Shown in pieces: positions 10,097 to 19,532 of a stretch of 64,000 nt of DNA. The notes under the pieces are model-generated. The model made no database searches. It saw only the letters and a list, made by a program, of their open reading frames with translations, and had not been told where the DNA came from. A program made the position numbers and the translations under genes. The DNA lies in the NCBI GenBank assembly GCA_963664015.2, contig CAXXLF010000002.1, positions 1,568,001 through 1,632,000 on the forward strand, in the 5' to 3' direction. The DNA comes from Candidatus Binatia bacterium. GTDB taxonomy: Bacteria > Desulfobacterota > Binatia > UBA9968 > CAXXLF01. The stretch's first letter is position 1; every line of letters starts with the position of its first letter.

Positions 10097-11119
10097 CTAT
10101 TTTGGTCTATCGTCGATACCCAATGCCCGGAGCGCGTTACCACCCAGGATCTGCTCTTGCTCTTCTGATGTAACCGTATTCATGGATTTGATCTTGGAGA
10201 CGGGCTCTTTGTCTCCCATGCCCATAGGAAAGTCCGTTCCGATAACGACCCGGTCTGCACCGACCACTTGAACGAGGAACTGAAGGGCAACAACCGAGTG
10301 GACGATCGAATCATAATACATTTTCTTCAAGTAGGCGGAAGGTTTCTGTGGAGCCAGTTTCCTGAGGTCGCCTCTTAGCGTATGGGCATGGTCCAGACGC
10401 CAGATATTAAAGGGCAGGTATCCACCGCCGTGGGCCAGGCAGAGCCTGAGATTCGGGAACCTTTCAAAAATCCCCTTGAGAATCATTCGTTCGATCATCA
10501 GCGTGGTCTTGTAGGGAAAGCCCAGGACATTACCCAGGATCCCAGAGGTTAACGTCTCCGGCGGGTCCCCTCCCTCAATGGGGTGAACAAACAAAAGGAG
10601 GTCGAGCTCTTGGGCTGCGGCGTAAAAGGGCTCCAAACTCGGGTCGTCCAGGGGTTTCCCCTGGATATGGGTCCCGACTTCCAGGCCTTTCAATCCCAAC
10701 TGGTGGGCCTCTTTAGTAATGGCGATGGCCTCCGGTATGCTCTGAAGGGGAACGGTCCCGAATCCGACGAATCGGTCGGGACGGGACTCGACGGCCTGCT
10801 GGATCGCCTCGTTCTGGAGACGGGAGAAGTAGGCTGCGGGATCGGCCAGGTCCCAATAGAACAACAGGATGGGAGATGGCGAGATGGCCTGGAAATCGAT
10901 TTGCATTTTGTCCAGCTCGCGGACCCGCGCCTCGACGTTGTAGGCCCCCTCACCCAGGTTGCCACGGCTTCCACCGGGACAGGACACCGAATACTGGCCG
11001 TCGGTCAGCGTAATTTCCGGGGCGTGCTGGCGGAATTGCTGCGCCTTCTGAAACGCTTCCAGGGCGAAAAAATGCGAGTGGAGATCGACATTCATGTTTT
11101 TCATCCTTTGGGGAGTCAC
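10097..11119 (-). CDS. ACMSD-like amidohydrolase / decarboxylase
   Basis: DLHSH, FVHP, LAHGGGYLP and VVIGTDFP motifs. Confidence 0.9.
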   Translation of the reverse strand: MTPQRMKNMNVDLHSHFFALEAFQKAQQFRQHAPEITLTDGQYSVSCPGGSRGNLGEGAYNVEARVRELDKMQIDFQAISPSPILLFYWDLADPAAYFSRLQNEAIQQAVESRPDRFVGFGTVPLQSIPEAIAITKEAHQLGLKGLEVGTHIQGKPLDDPSLEPFYAAAQELDLLLFVHPIEGGDPPETLTSGILGNVLGFPYKTTLMIERMILKGIFERFPNLRLCLAHGGGYLPFNIWRLDHAHTLRGDLRKLAPQKPSAYLKKMYYDSIVHSVVALQFLVQVVGADRVVIGTDFPMGMGDKEPVSKIKSMNTVTSEEQEQILGGNALRALGIDDRPK

Positions 11120-12162
11120 TATGGCTGAAAGAGAGTAAAGATTTTGTCGGAATTAAAAATGTATGTTTCGGCGTAGGCAACGACTTCGGCTTTTCTATCG
11201 GCCATGGCCCCCGCCAGGCATAGCCAATTCAAAAACTCGTGCTGTCCGGCGTCGGTCAAAGTGTCGGGGGCCAGGTTGCGCCATTCACTATGTCGTCCGC
11301 TCTCAAGTTCCTTCAACCTTTTGCGGTCGGATACAACATCAGGATAGAGACCGTGGTGTTTCCGGGTCAGAAAGGCGTGGGACCAGGATGAAGACCCAAT
11401 GACAACCGCCCGCCACCGGCTCTCTTGCAGGATACGACCGACCTCGACCCCAAGGTCGAAGCAACGCTGGGGAGTGGGGGCCGGCGGGGCTAGCTCCCCA
11501 TCGGCAAAATTAGTGATTGCCCGTTTCGCGATGAGGTCACTCCCGTAACAATTGACGTGAAAAGGAATGATGGGGTAGGCAAAACCGCGCTGATCGTAGT
11601 CCAGGTAAACCAGGGTACGCATAAAGGCGTGGGCCAAACCGGGGTGGTGGTGGGGTTTATAGGAGTAACAGACATCGAAGTTGTTTAGAGTGAGTTCACG
11701 GGCCAGATGGTGAGCTGCTTCACGGTGGCCGCGAACAGAGACGGCCTTGTCCTCCGGTTGCCCCCATACATTGACGGGGGAGTTGATAACGGCACTACTC
11801 TTATAAGGGAAGCATTCAAGCTGATCGTAAATGTAGACACAAAAGGGTGGAACGATATCTTCCTTAAAGTTCTCGTACTGGTCATCGCCCCAGATGAGAA
11901 CCACATCCGGATTGAATGCGTCAATTTCCGCGCGTAAACGGCGAAATCCGTTGATGGCGATTTCCCGGTGTTTCCGGGCCGAATTGAGGCCTTCGTCGTC
12001 TCCCCACTCTGCCTGCATGGGCTCAGGCCACTGGTGTACCTCTCTCATATTTTCTGGCAGCCGTGGGCTCTTCATGAACCGGCGCAGAATGTCGGACATA
12101 TTTTCATCCGGGAACTGAAACATCGGCGCGTGGGACAGGCCCATTCCAAGCAAATCTGCCAT
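11119..12162 (-). CDS. LigB-family extradiol ring-cleavage dioxygenase
   Basis: GLSHAP, WGDDQYENF, LAHAF, SSSWSHAFL and GQHEFLNW motifs; start at ATG 12162 after AGGGAG. Confidence 0.85.
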   Translation of the reverse strand: MADLLGMGLSHAPMFQFPDENMSDILRRFMKSPRLPENMREVHQWPEPMQAEWGDDEGLNSARKHREIAINGFRRLRAEIDAFNPDVVLIWGDDQYENFKEDIVPPFCVYIYDQLECFPYKSSAVINSPVNVWGQPEDKAVSVRGHREAAHHLARELTLNNFDVCYSYKPHHHPGLAHAFMRTLVYLDYDQRGFAYPIIPFHVNCYGSDLIAKRAITNFADGELAPPAPTPQRCFDLGVEVGRILQESRWRAVVIGSSSWSHAFLTRKHHGLYPDVVSDRKRLKELESGRHSEWRNLAPDTLTDAGQHEFLNWLCLAGAMADRKAEVVAYAETYIFNSDKIFTLFQP

Positions 12163-12178
12163 TAAGAGTCTCCCTACC

Positions 12179-13327
12179 TTAATCCAATACGGGTTTGGTC
12201 GAATCGAACTCGATGATCCGGTTCTTTTCCGGATCTCGCACCAGTGCCATGGGCTCGCCGCCGTTCTGCACGATCTCGATTTGTTCGCGCAGCATCTTGC
12301 GATACATGATGATCCCTTCATCCGTCGACCCGAGGTTTTCCTCGCTCCGATCGTAAAGGGCTCCTTGCGTCTCCCAGGCCATCTTGTCCTGACTGGAAAA
12401 GGAAGTCATCTGGTGCTCGCCCTCTGGCGTCATCAAGGAGTCCATGGGAAGAAATTTTGGCTCTTCGGGCACGTTGGTGGATTGGGGCCTCTCCTTGGGA
12501 TTGAAGGCCATGACCGTGATCTGAGTGTGGGTGTCGTCGATGGGGACACGCCAGTGCACAGCTTCGATATAACTCTGGGGGATCCGAAGGATGTTGGGAA
12601 AGACCAGGGGGGGGCGGTGCTCTTCCTCCGGCCGATCCCCTCCGTAAACACAACGCTTGGTCACCCCCCATTCGCTGACACCCCAGCCATAGTCCTCTAC
12701 GGGCCGGTGGTAGAAGTCCCCCAGCTTATTTCCCAATTGCTGCATGACTTCACCGTGGAGGTAATAGGTATGGATGATATCGACCGAGTTCTCCATGGCC
12801 TGGAGCCAGTTGCACTTGAGCACCGGGTGGACCTCGAGGGTCCGCGTCCCATCGGTCCTGACGAGCACATCCCAACGGGGTAAAAGGGGCTTTTTCTCCG
12901 GCGGACCCATATAGATGAACAGAATGCCGGTCAGCCTTTCAACCGGGTAGCTCCGAAGGGTGACCTTGTCCTTGAACTCGGGGTTTCTTTCGAAAGGTTG
13001 TTCCAAACACTTCCCCTCGGCATCGTACTTCCATCCGTGGTAGGCGCAGCGAATACCGTCGGGTTCCGCAAAACCGTAATACAGAGACGTCCCCCGGTGA
13101 GGGCAATGCTCTGCAACGCAGCCGTAACGGATCTCTTTGTCACCTGGTTTTGAAGGCAGGCGGAAGACGACCAGTTCTTCACCCATGATCTGGACGCGTT
13201 TTTTAGGCGCCGCTTCCGTGAGCTCGCTGGCCAGGCAGACCGGCTGCCAGTAACGGCGCAATAGGTTCCCAGCTGGTGTACCGGGACCTACACAAGTGAG
13301 TAGCTCATTGACCTCGGGCGTTAGCAT
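12179..13327 (-). CDS. Rieske non-heme iron oxygenase (phthalate dioxygenase / LigX-like)
   Basis: GTPAGNLLRRYW, CPHRG...CAYHGW, ENSVDIIHTYYLH and QD motifs. Confidence 0.92.
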   Translation of the reverse strand: MLTPEVNELLTCVGPGTPAGNLLRRYWQPVCLASELTEAAPKKRVQIMGEELVVFRLPSKPGDKEIRYGCVAEHCPHRGTSLYYGFAEPDGIRCAYHGWKYDAEGKCLEQPFERNPEFKDKVTLRSYPVERLTGILFIYMGPPEKKPLLPRWDVLVRTDGTRTLEVHPVLKCNWLQAMENSVDIIHTYYLHGEVMQQLGNKLGDFYHRPVEDYGWGVSEWGVTKRCVYGGDRPEEEHRPPLVFPNILRIPQSYIEAVHWRVPIDDTHTQITVMAFNPKERPQSTNVPEEPKFLPMDSLMTPEGEHQMTSFSSQDKMAWETQGALYDRSEENLGSTDEGIIMYRKMLREQIEIVQNGGEPMALVRDPEKNRIIEFDSTKPVLD

Positions 13328-13406
13328 GACACCAACCTCCTTATCTTAGAATCTTCGATTCTAAAAGTTCTTCCTATTGACCTTACCCTAGCCCGTATTC
13401 TAAACG

Positions 13407-14540
13407 TTATTTCCTTTTTCGAGCCGCTTTACCCGTATCAGCCCTCGCTTTGGCGACGATTCTCTTAAGGCCGCTCACGTCCTTGTATTCGTACAGGTTG
13501 GAAATCATATACTTGCCCCCCGATTTGGCGACCATAAACTGGTCGGTGATCATACCCTTGGGGATATCCATGCGCATGGAGTTGCGATCCGCATTCTTCT
13601 GCCACGAAAGTTGCCCCTCCTTGGAAATCATCCAGTTTGCGAAAACTGCGGCTGCATTGGGATTAGGGGCGCGGTTCACCACCGCGAGCTGACCCCACCC
13701 CCCCGACAGGTACGCCTCTGAGGTAGGTGCACGGTAGATGGCAACGGGCAAGCCCTGTTTCATGGCAGTCGCCACCTCGGTACCCCTGGCCGCAACGTAG
13801 AGCTCGTACCTTCCCGAGGCGACCCAGTCGATCATCTGCACGATGCCTCTCGCTATCGTGATGCCCGTCTCGCTAAACAATCGCTGGATGAACTTTGGCC
13901 CCATTTCCTTGTTGTAGTAGAGGCCCTTCCAGTTGGCCAGCCTGCCACGCGCCGTCGGATCGTCGGTCACCATCTTGCCGTGCCATTTGGGATCGAGAAG
14001 ATCTTTGTAGGTCTTGAGCTCTCCTGGCTTGTGCCTCTTGGTGTTGTAGAGTGCGATGGTGGACGTGACGGTCCCTTCCATAAGGAAGAGGGACTTATTG
14101 GGAACTCCGTAATGATGTTGCTTCCGGAACCAGGCCGACTGGTCCGTGGCTTCCGGTAAGATCAAACGGGGTGGGAGAGGGTCAAAGAAACCTTTTTCCG
14201 CCAGGATGCCGCCGGTTCCCCCACCTCCCACATAAATATCCGCGATAAATTTTCCAGCCCGGCGTTCGGCGCCGAGCCGGTTCCCGTGTTGGCTTCCCGA
14301 ACCGGGGACATAAACCATATTGATTTTAGGATAGACGCTTTTAAACGCCTCAATGGCGTTGATGTACTGGATTCCCGGAGGTCCATAGAGCCGGAAGCTC
14401 CCCTCTTCTCGTGCCGCGGCCAGGGTTTTTTCCCAATCGGCCTTCCAGTCCGCTTGTGCCGGCTTATAAAACGACAGCAGCAGAAAACTTAGAACCATGC
14501 AGAATATAAGCAAAAACCTTAGTCGAATAATCATCTTCAT
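13407..14540 (-). CDS. ABC-type extracellular solute-binding protein (AfuA-like)
   Basis: Signal peptide; WEKTLAAAREEG, DLLDPKWHGK and APNPNAAAVFANWMISKEGQ motifs. Confidence 0.85.
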   Translation of the reverse strand: MKMIIRLRFLLIFCMVLSFLLLSFYKPAQADWKADWEKTLAAAREEGSFRLYGPPGIQYINAIEAFKSVYPKINMVYVPGSGSQHGNRLGAERRAGKFIADIYVGGGGTGGILAEKGFFDPLPPRLILPEATDQSAWFRKQHHYGVPNKSLFLMEGTVTSTIALYNTKRHKPGELKTYKDLLDPKWHGKMVTDDPTARGRLANWKGLYYNKEMGPKFIQRLFSETGITIARGIVQMIDWVASGRYELYVAARGTEVATAMKQGLPVAIYRAPTSEAYLSGGWGQLAVVNRAPNPNAAAVFANWMISKEGQLSWQKNADRNSMRMDIPKGMITDQFMVAKSGGKYMISNLYEYKDVSGLKRIVAKARADTGKAARKRK

Positions 14541-14929
14541 TACCCCCTCAATTAGTAGTACTATCGAGAACCCGTGCAGTCTATGGAGAACCGACGTCAC
14601 TGTCAAATCCCAATATACTAATCATGACCATCGGTTTAGCGATCGTAGCTCCCATGATCGGTTTCCGGGTTGGATTGTCCAGGTCGTCCATGTAGCAGAA
14701 CGTGCCAATACTTTCAGCCAGTCATCAAACTCTCAGGTTTTTTCATTGGGACTATTTGTCATAGTTGACCACTTCCATGGGTAACCGGTGCCAGGCAAAA
14801 TCCGCATCCTCCTGGTCACCCGAGTCGTGTCCTGAAGGATCGATTTGTTGCCCCCATAGTCTACCATTGCTCAAGTGGGAATTGACACTGTGGTGCGTCC
14901 TGGTCTAAAGAGGCAAGGATAGGAGGTAA

Positions 14930-16693
14930 ATGACCGTGGAGGGACAAGCGACCCATTGGGATATGGAGGCGGACGTCGTTGTGATCGGCGCAGGGGCCAC
15001 CGGTTTGCCGGCATCCATCGCTGCACGGGATAACGGAGCGTCAGTGCTCGTGGTTAACGCTAATTACGACATTGGGGGCCACGCCATCCTGAGCGGCGGC
15101 AATACGGCGCTGGGGGGCGGCACCATTTTGCAGAGAAAATACGGTATTGAAGATTCACCGGACCTGGTATTCTCTGATCTGACCGACTGGTCCGTCGTGG
15201 AACCCAACGGCTCACCCAATTATCGATATAACGACAGGGCCGTCATTCGCGCCTATACCGATCACGCGGTCGAGACTTTCGAATTCCTGGTAGCCAACGG
15301 GGTAGAGTTTGCGGACAAGGCCCCGGACAACTCGGGTGCTCATTGCACCGGCAATTCGGCTCCCAGAGAAAATCATACGGATTGGACTGAAGGGGTAGGT
15401 CTGGCCAGTCCCGGCGCCAAAAAAGGGACTGGTCTCATCCGACCCCTCGAGGCAAGCGCTCGGGCCAAAGGCGTGAAGCTCCTCCTCAATCATAAAATGA
15501 CGGGCCTTTTCAGGGAAACCACGTCGGGCATGGGGGCGGGAAGGGTAACGGGGATTACCGCCCAGTACACCCCTAGATTACTCCCAGGAGCGACTACACC
15601 GCTCGGAAGCTATCGTTCCGAAGGAAACATCGAGAGTACCAAGCCAAGCATCAGTATCCACGCGGCCAAGGCCGTTATCGTCGCCACCGGGGGAAGCACG
15701 GGCAACGTCAACTTCCGCCGCATGTTCGACCCCAGGTTGACCGAGGTCTACCAGGTCGCCGGCGAGCCCTATTCGTTCCAGGACGCGAGTGGCGAGATTG
15801 CCGCCATGGCCATCGGCGCGTCGCTCTGGGGACTGGGTAATCAAGCTCTCGAAAACGGCGATCATATGAGGACCCAGAAGGCGATTGGGTGCCAGTACAA
15901 TTATTTCACCTGGGCACTGGCCAGCCCTATTTTCCCCCTGGTTCGTGCTACCGGGCTGAACGTCAAAGATTGGCAAAATCTCATCATGGTCAACCAGGCG
16001 GGGCAGCGATTCTACGATGAGACCCAGGGAGATTACCCGGCGGGGAACAAATTTAACGATCTCAGCCCTTATACGCCGCGCAGCCACCGCAATCCGGGAC
16101 AGATCCAATACGAATGGAGCCGGTACAACTTCCTCAATGCCGCCACAGCGATGAATGCGGCTTCGGTTCCTCCGGACTATCCGGCCGGGCCCGTCTGGGC
16201 CATTTTCGACGCGGAGGCCGTAAAACGTGAGAAATGGAAAACCACCCCACCTCACGTGGATCCAGACGGTTATTTCTTCAGCGCACAAACTCTCGCGGAC
16301 CTTGCTGCCGCTATCCGAACCCCATTTCAGGACGCTCCGATGAACGCCGCGACGTTGCAAGCCATGGTCACGCGATACAATTCCTTTGTCGATTCCGGAA
16401 CCGACTCGGACTTTGACAAGCCCTCACCACAATTCAAGATCCAAACGCCGCCGTTCTACGCGGCCTGGGCTACGCCGTTGCTCCACGACACACGGTCCGG
16501 TCTAAGAATCAACGGCAAGGGCCAGGTGATGGACATGAACGGCCAGGTCATACCCGGCCTCTACCGTGGCGGTGAGTCCGCCGGTGGATTCAATCAACAT
16601 GGTCTGGGCCGATGCTCCTGCCAGGGTTACATCGCCGGTCAAAACGCCTCTGGAGAAACTCTTGGGAAAAATGAACTCACAAGGGAGAAATGA
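14930..16693 (+). CDS. FAD-binding dehydrogenase (fumarate reductase / ketosteroid dehydrogenase flavoprotein superfamily)
   Basis: DVVVIGAGATG, VIVATGG, TRSGLRIN and IPGLY..GE motifs. Confidence 0.85.
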   Translation: MTVEGQATHWDMEADVVVIGAGATGLPASIAARDNGASVLVVNANYDIGGHAILSGGNTALGGGTILQRKYGIEDSPDLVFSDLTDWSVVEPNGSPNYRYNDRAVIRAYTDHAVETFEFLVANGVEFADKAPDNSGAHCTGNSAPRENHTDWTEGVGLASPGAKKGTGLIRPLEASARAKGVKLLLNHKMTGLFRETTSGMGAGRVTGITAQYTPRLLPGATTPLGSYRSEGNIESTKPSISIHAAKAVIVATGGSTGNVNFRRMFDPRLTEVYQVAGEPYSFQDASGEIAAMAIGASLWGLGNQALENGDHMRTQKAIGCQYNYFTWALASPIFPLVRATGLNVKDWQNLIMVNQAGQRFYDETQGDYPAGNKFNDLSPYTPRSHRNPGQIQYEWSRYNFLNAATAMNAASVPPDYPAGPVWAIFDAEAVKREKWKTTPPHVDPDGYFFSAQTLADLAAAIRTPFQDAPMNAATLQAMVTRYNSFVDSGTDSDFDKPSPQFKIQTPPFYAAWATPLLHDTRSGLRINGKGQVMDMNGQVIPGLYRGGESAGGFNQHGLGRCSCQGYIAGQNASGETLGKNELTREK

Positions 16694-17176
16694 TTGATGG
16701 AAGCCGGATGGGTTACCGTTGTTGAAGTCCTGCTGCGCATCGCCCTGGGGCTTCGTTTTCTTTACAGTGGGGTGGACAACGTCCGGCGTTGGCCGAGCGC
16801 CATTGGCGCCGCACGGTCCGTGTTTTCAAAAGGGGCGACGCTCCTTGCCTTCATCGCCGTGGCTTTCCTTGTCCTGGGAGCCACCGGGTTGACCCTGGGT
16901 TTTCAGACTCGAATCGCCGCGCTGATGATCGCCCTATTTCTCATTCCAACCTTTGTCGTGCAGTACAATTTTCTAAAGACCTATCCCCAATTGCTAAAAA
17001 AGCTCTTGAGCTCCATACCGGAGGACGGTCCTATGGCCGAGGCCCAGCGACTGGGGCGCCACGCCGTGCACACGTCGGAGGTGGGTTGGCAGACCAACGT
17101 GATTTTTCTCCTGTTGTCCGTTTACTTCATCCTGCGCGGTTCCGTTGCCTTCGGCCTCGACAATCTCCTGGGATGA
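16694..17176 (+). CDS. DoxX family membrane protein
   Basis: LRIALG..FLYSG, LGFQTRIAA and G..AFGLD motifs; abuts the flavoprotein stop codon. Confidence 0.8.
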   Translation: MMEAGWVTVVEVLLRIALGLRFLYSGVDNVRRWPSAIGAARSVFSKGATLLAFIAVAFLVLGATGLTLGFQTRIAALMIALFLIPTFVVQYNFLKTYPQLLKKLLSSIPEDGPMAEAQRLGRHAVHTSEVGWQTNVIFLLLSVYFILRGSVAFGLDNLLG

Positions 17177-17317
17177 AGCCTCCACGGACTTACGCCCATG
17201 GTATCCTTCCTTCTGCGGAATCTGCCGACGCACCAGCCTTCGCCAAGGCTACGGCTGGTCCGTCCATCGCATCCGTCAATCGGCTTATGGCTATGGTCTT
17301 ATGCGAAGGCGGATAAA
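17173..17317. repeat. REP/MITE-like element (long copy)
   Basis: Starts ATGAAGCCTCCACGG and ends GCGAAGGCGGATAAA, as at 31695-31780; internal hairpin CCAGCC...GGCTGG. Confidence 0.65.
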
Positions 17318-17401
17318 TTCGACCCACCGTGACTCCAGAATCATCTTACCCCACGGCCTCGAGTCAATCGCGGCTTGCTTGTCCTGTTTCGGCTATTCGT
17401 C

Positions 17402-18262
17402 ATGCAAGCTGAGTTCTTCGCCTTGATTGCCGCCATCGGGTGGGCCGTTAACGGAATATTTATCCGTAAAGGGTCCCGTACGGGGAATGTATTCGCCGCG
17501 ACCCTGTTGAGCTTTATTGCCACGGTGATCTTTCTGTGGTCCTACCTCTTTCTCACACAATCCGTCCATCTCGTTCGGTCCGAGGCCGCCCTTTATTTTG
17601 TCCTCAGCGGACTCATGCAACCATTGATAACCCGCATTCTCTCCTACATAGGAGTCGCACGGCTTGGGGTATCTCGCTCCGCCCCGCTCCGAAACTCCGA
17701 CCCCCTGTACGCGGTTTTGATTGCGGTTATTTTTCTGCAGGAACAACCGACCTACCTCGTCTATCTGGGAACCGCCCTGACCGTTGGCGGGGCATGGGTC
17801 ATTTTGTCCAGCCGTGATGAAAAGGGCGGATTCAGACTTTTCGACGCCCTCTTTCCGCTCGGGGCAGCCCTTCTCGCTGCCGTGTCGCACAACTTACGCA
17901 GGTTCGGCTTACTGATCCTGCCCAACCCCTTTGTAGCTGCAGCCATCACCACCACGACGTCGCTGACGCTGTTCTGCGCTTATCTGCTGATCAGCGGCAA
18001 GATCAAATTCTGTCGACCTGAGCGCGACAGTTTTTCTTCCTTTGGAATAGCCGCCCTCGTATCCGTAGGTGCACAGCTTTTTACCTTCGCAGCACTCAAC
18101 AAAGGGAGCGTTCCCGTGGTCGTTCCCCTTCTCAGCACGGTCCCGTTGTTCTCTATCCTCCTCAGTTTCTTTTTTATCAGGCGGCTGGAGTCCATCACCG
18201 GTTGGGTGGTCCTAGGGGCAGTCTTGACCGTTAGTGGCGTCATTCTCATTACCAACCGTTAG
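17402..18262 (+). CDS. DMT/EamA family transporter
   Basis: About 10 TM segments in two repeats with PLYAVLIAVIFLQE and PLFSILLSFFFIRRLE. Confidence 0.88.
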   Translation: MQAEFFALIAAIGWAVNGIFIRKGSRTGNVFAATLLSFIATVIFLWSYLFLTQSVHLVRSEAALYFVLSGLMQPLITRILSYIGVARLGVSRSAPLRNSDPLYAVLIAVIFLQEQPTYLVYLGTALTVGGAWVILSSRDEKGGFRLFDALFPLGAALLAAVSHNLRRFGLLILPNPFVAAAITTTTSLTLFCAYLLISGKIKFCRPERDSFSSFGIAALVSVGAQLFTFAALNKGSVPVVVPLLSTVPLFSILLSFFFIRRLESITGWVVLGAVLTVSGVILITNR

Positions 18263-18454
18263 CCTGATCCGATTCTTTCCATATCGTTACCTTGGCCATT
18301 GAATCACTCCTTGCAATCCTCAAGATAAAGCGATAGGCCACCGGTGGGAGAAGAGGCTCAAGGAAAAAGGTAAAAATCAAAAAGGGCTCCTGACGGAGCC
18401 CAGATAAGAAAAAGACAGAATGTTCCATTGCGCGAGCAATAACGGGAGGCGGAA

Positions 18455-19420
18455 GTGAAAAATATCGGTTTGATCGGTTTGGGCAATGCGGGAGGACCCC
18501 TCGGCGAGAGACTGCTTAATAAGGGTTTCCCCTTGAAGGTATATGACCTGAACCCGCAGGCGGTGGAGACCTTGGTCAAACTCGGGGCTGAGAAGGCCGG
18601 GACCCCCGAAGCCGCGACCGTGGAAGTCACCATTACCATTCTACCCTCTTCCGTTGAGGTGAGAGCAGCAGTCCTGGGAGAAAGAGGAGTCCTGGCCGGA
18701 ATCCAACCCGGCTTTACCCTTATCGACCTGAGCGGGACCGACCCCGAATGCGCCCGCGATCTGGAGCGACGGATCGAAGCAAAAAGCGGTGGGTTCCTTG
18801 GCGGAACTTTGCACGCCGCCGGGGCGCCGTCGGTCACCATTCCCAAGGGCCTCCTCTCCATCGCCATCGGCGGGAAAAAAGAGGTAATCGCCTCGTCCAT
18901 GGAGGTCCTGAAGGCCCTGGCACAAAAGATCATTTGCGTAAACGAGGCCTCCTCGCCCAAGGCCATGAAGATCGCTGTTATCCTTTTTGCCATCTCCGAT
19001 AGCATCATCACCACCGAGATCTGCACCTGGCTGCAGGCACAAGGGATCGATCCCATGACCTTTCTCCGGCTTCTACAAACCACGGGATCCCGGGCTGCGG
19101 CCAACCGCATCGAAGAGTTTATGAGCAGGCACAAGAGCTACGGCGGTACCCTGAGCAACATCGAGAAGGACATCCGTCAGGCCGTCCAGGTGGCATCGGC
19201 TTTGAATATCCCCTTGCCCTTCCTCAACACAGCCAACGAGATCGTGGAACAGAGCGGCACCCTGGGCTCCAACCGCATCACCCCGGGAGCCGCCTTCGGG
19301 AAATTGTACGAAACCCGTACCGGTGTCAATTTGAGCCGAGCCGTAAAGGAGCGTGAACGGAGCTTCCCTGAATTCCAGGAACCGCAGGTTTACTATCTGG
19401 AGGACACGGAAGAGAGTTAG
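18455..19420 (+). CDS. NAD(P)-dependent oxidoreductase, 3-hydroxyisobutyrate dehydrogenase family
   Basis: IGLIGLGNAG Rossmann motif, AMK catalytic Lys region, KD motif. Confidence 0.85.
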   Translation: MKNIGLIGLGNAGGPLGERLLNKGFPLKVYDLNPQAVETLVKLGAEKAGTPEAATVEVTITILPSSVEVRAAVLGERGVLAGIQPGFTLIDLSGTDPECARDLERRIEAKSGGFLGGTLHAAGAPSVTIPKGLLSIAIGGKKEVIASSMEVLKALAQKIICVNEASSPKAMKIAVILFAISDSIITTEICTWLQAQGIDPMTFLRLLQTTGSRAAANRIEEFMSRHKSYGGTLSNIEKDIRQAVQVASALNIPLPFLNTANEIVEQSGTLGSNRITPGAAFGKLYETRTGVNLSRAVKERERSFPEFQEPQVYYLEDTEES

Positions 19421-19532
19421 CCGCTAATCGTAACTCGTCCGGTAAGATAATTAACCTGGCATTTGGACCGAATGATCGCTCTCTGGGCCTAAGAACCAAG
19501 CGATACAGGACAAGATCGAAACGCAACCACCC

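Noticed and set aside
14580-14900. Possible gene remnant between the binding protein and the flavoprotein
   Set aside because: No recognisable protein motif in the frames I checked.
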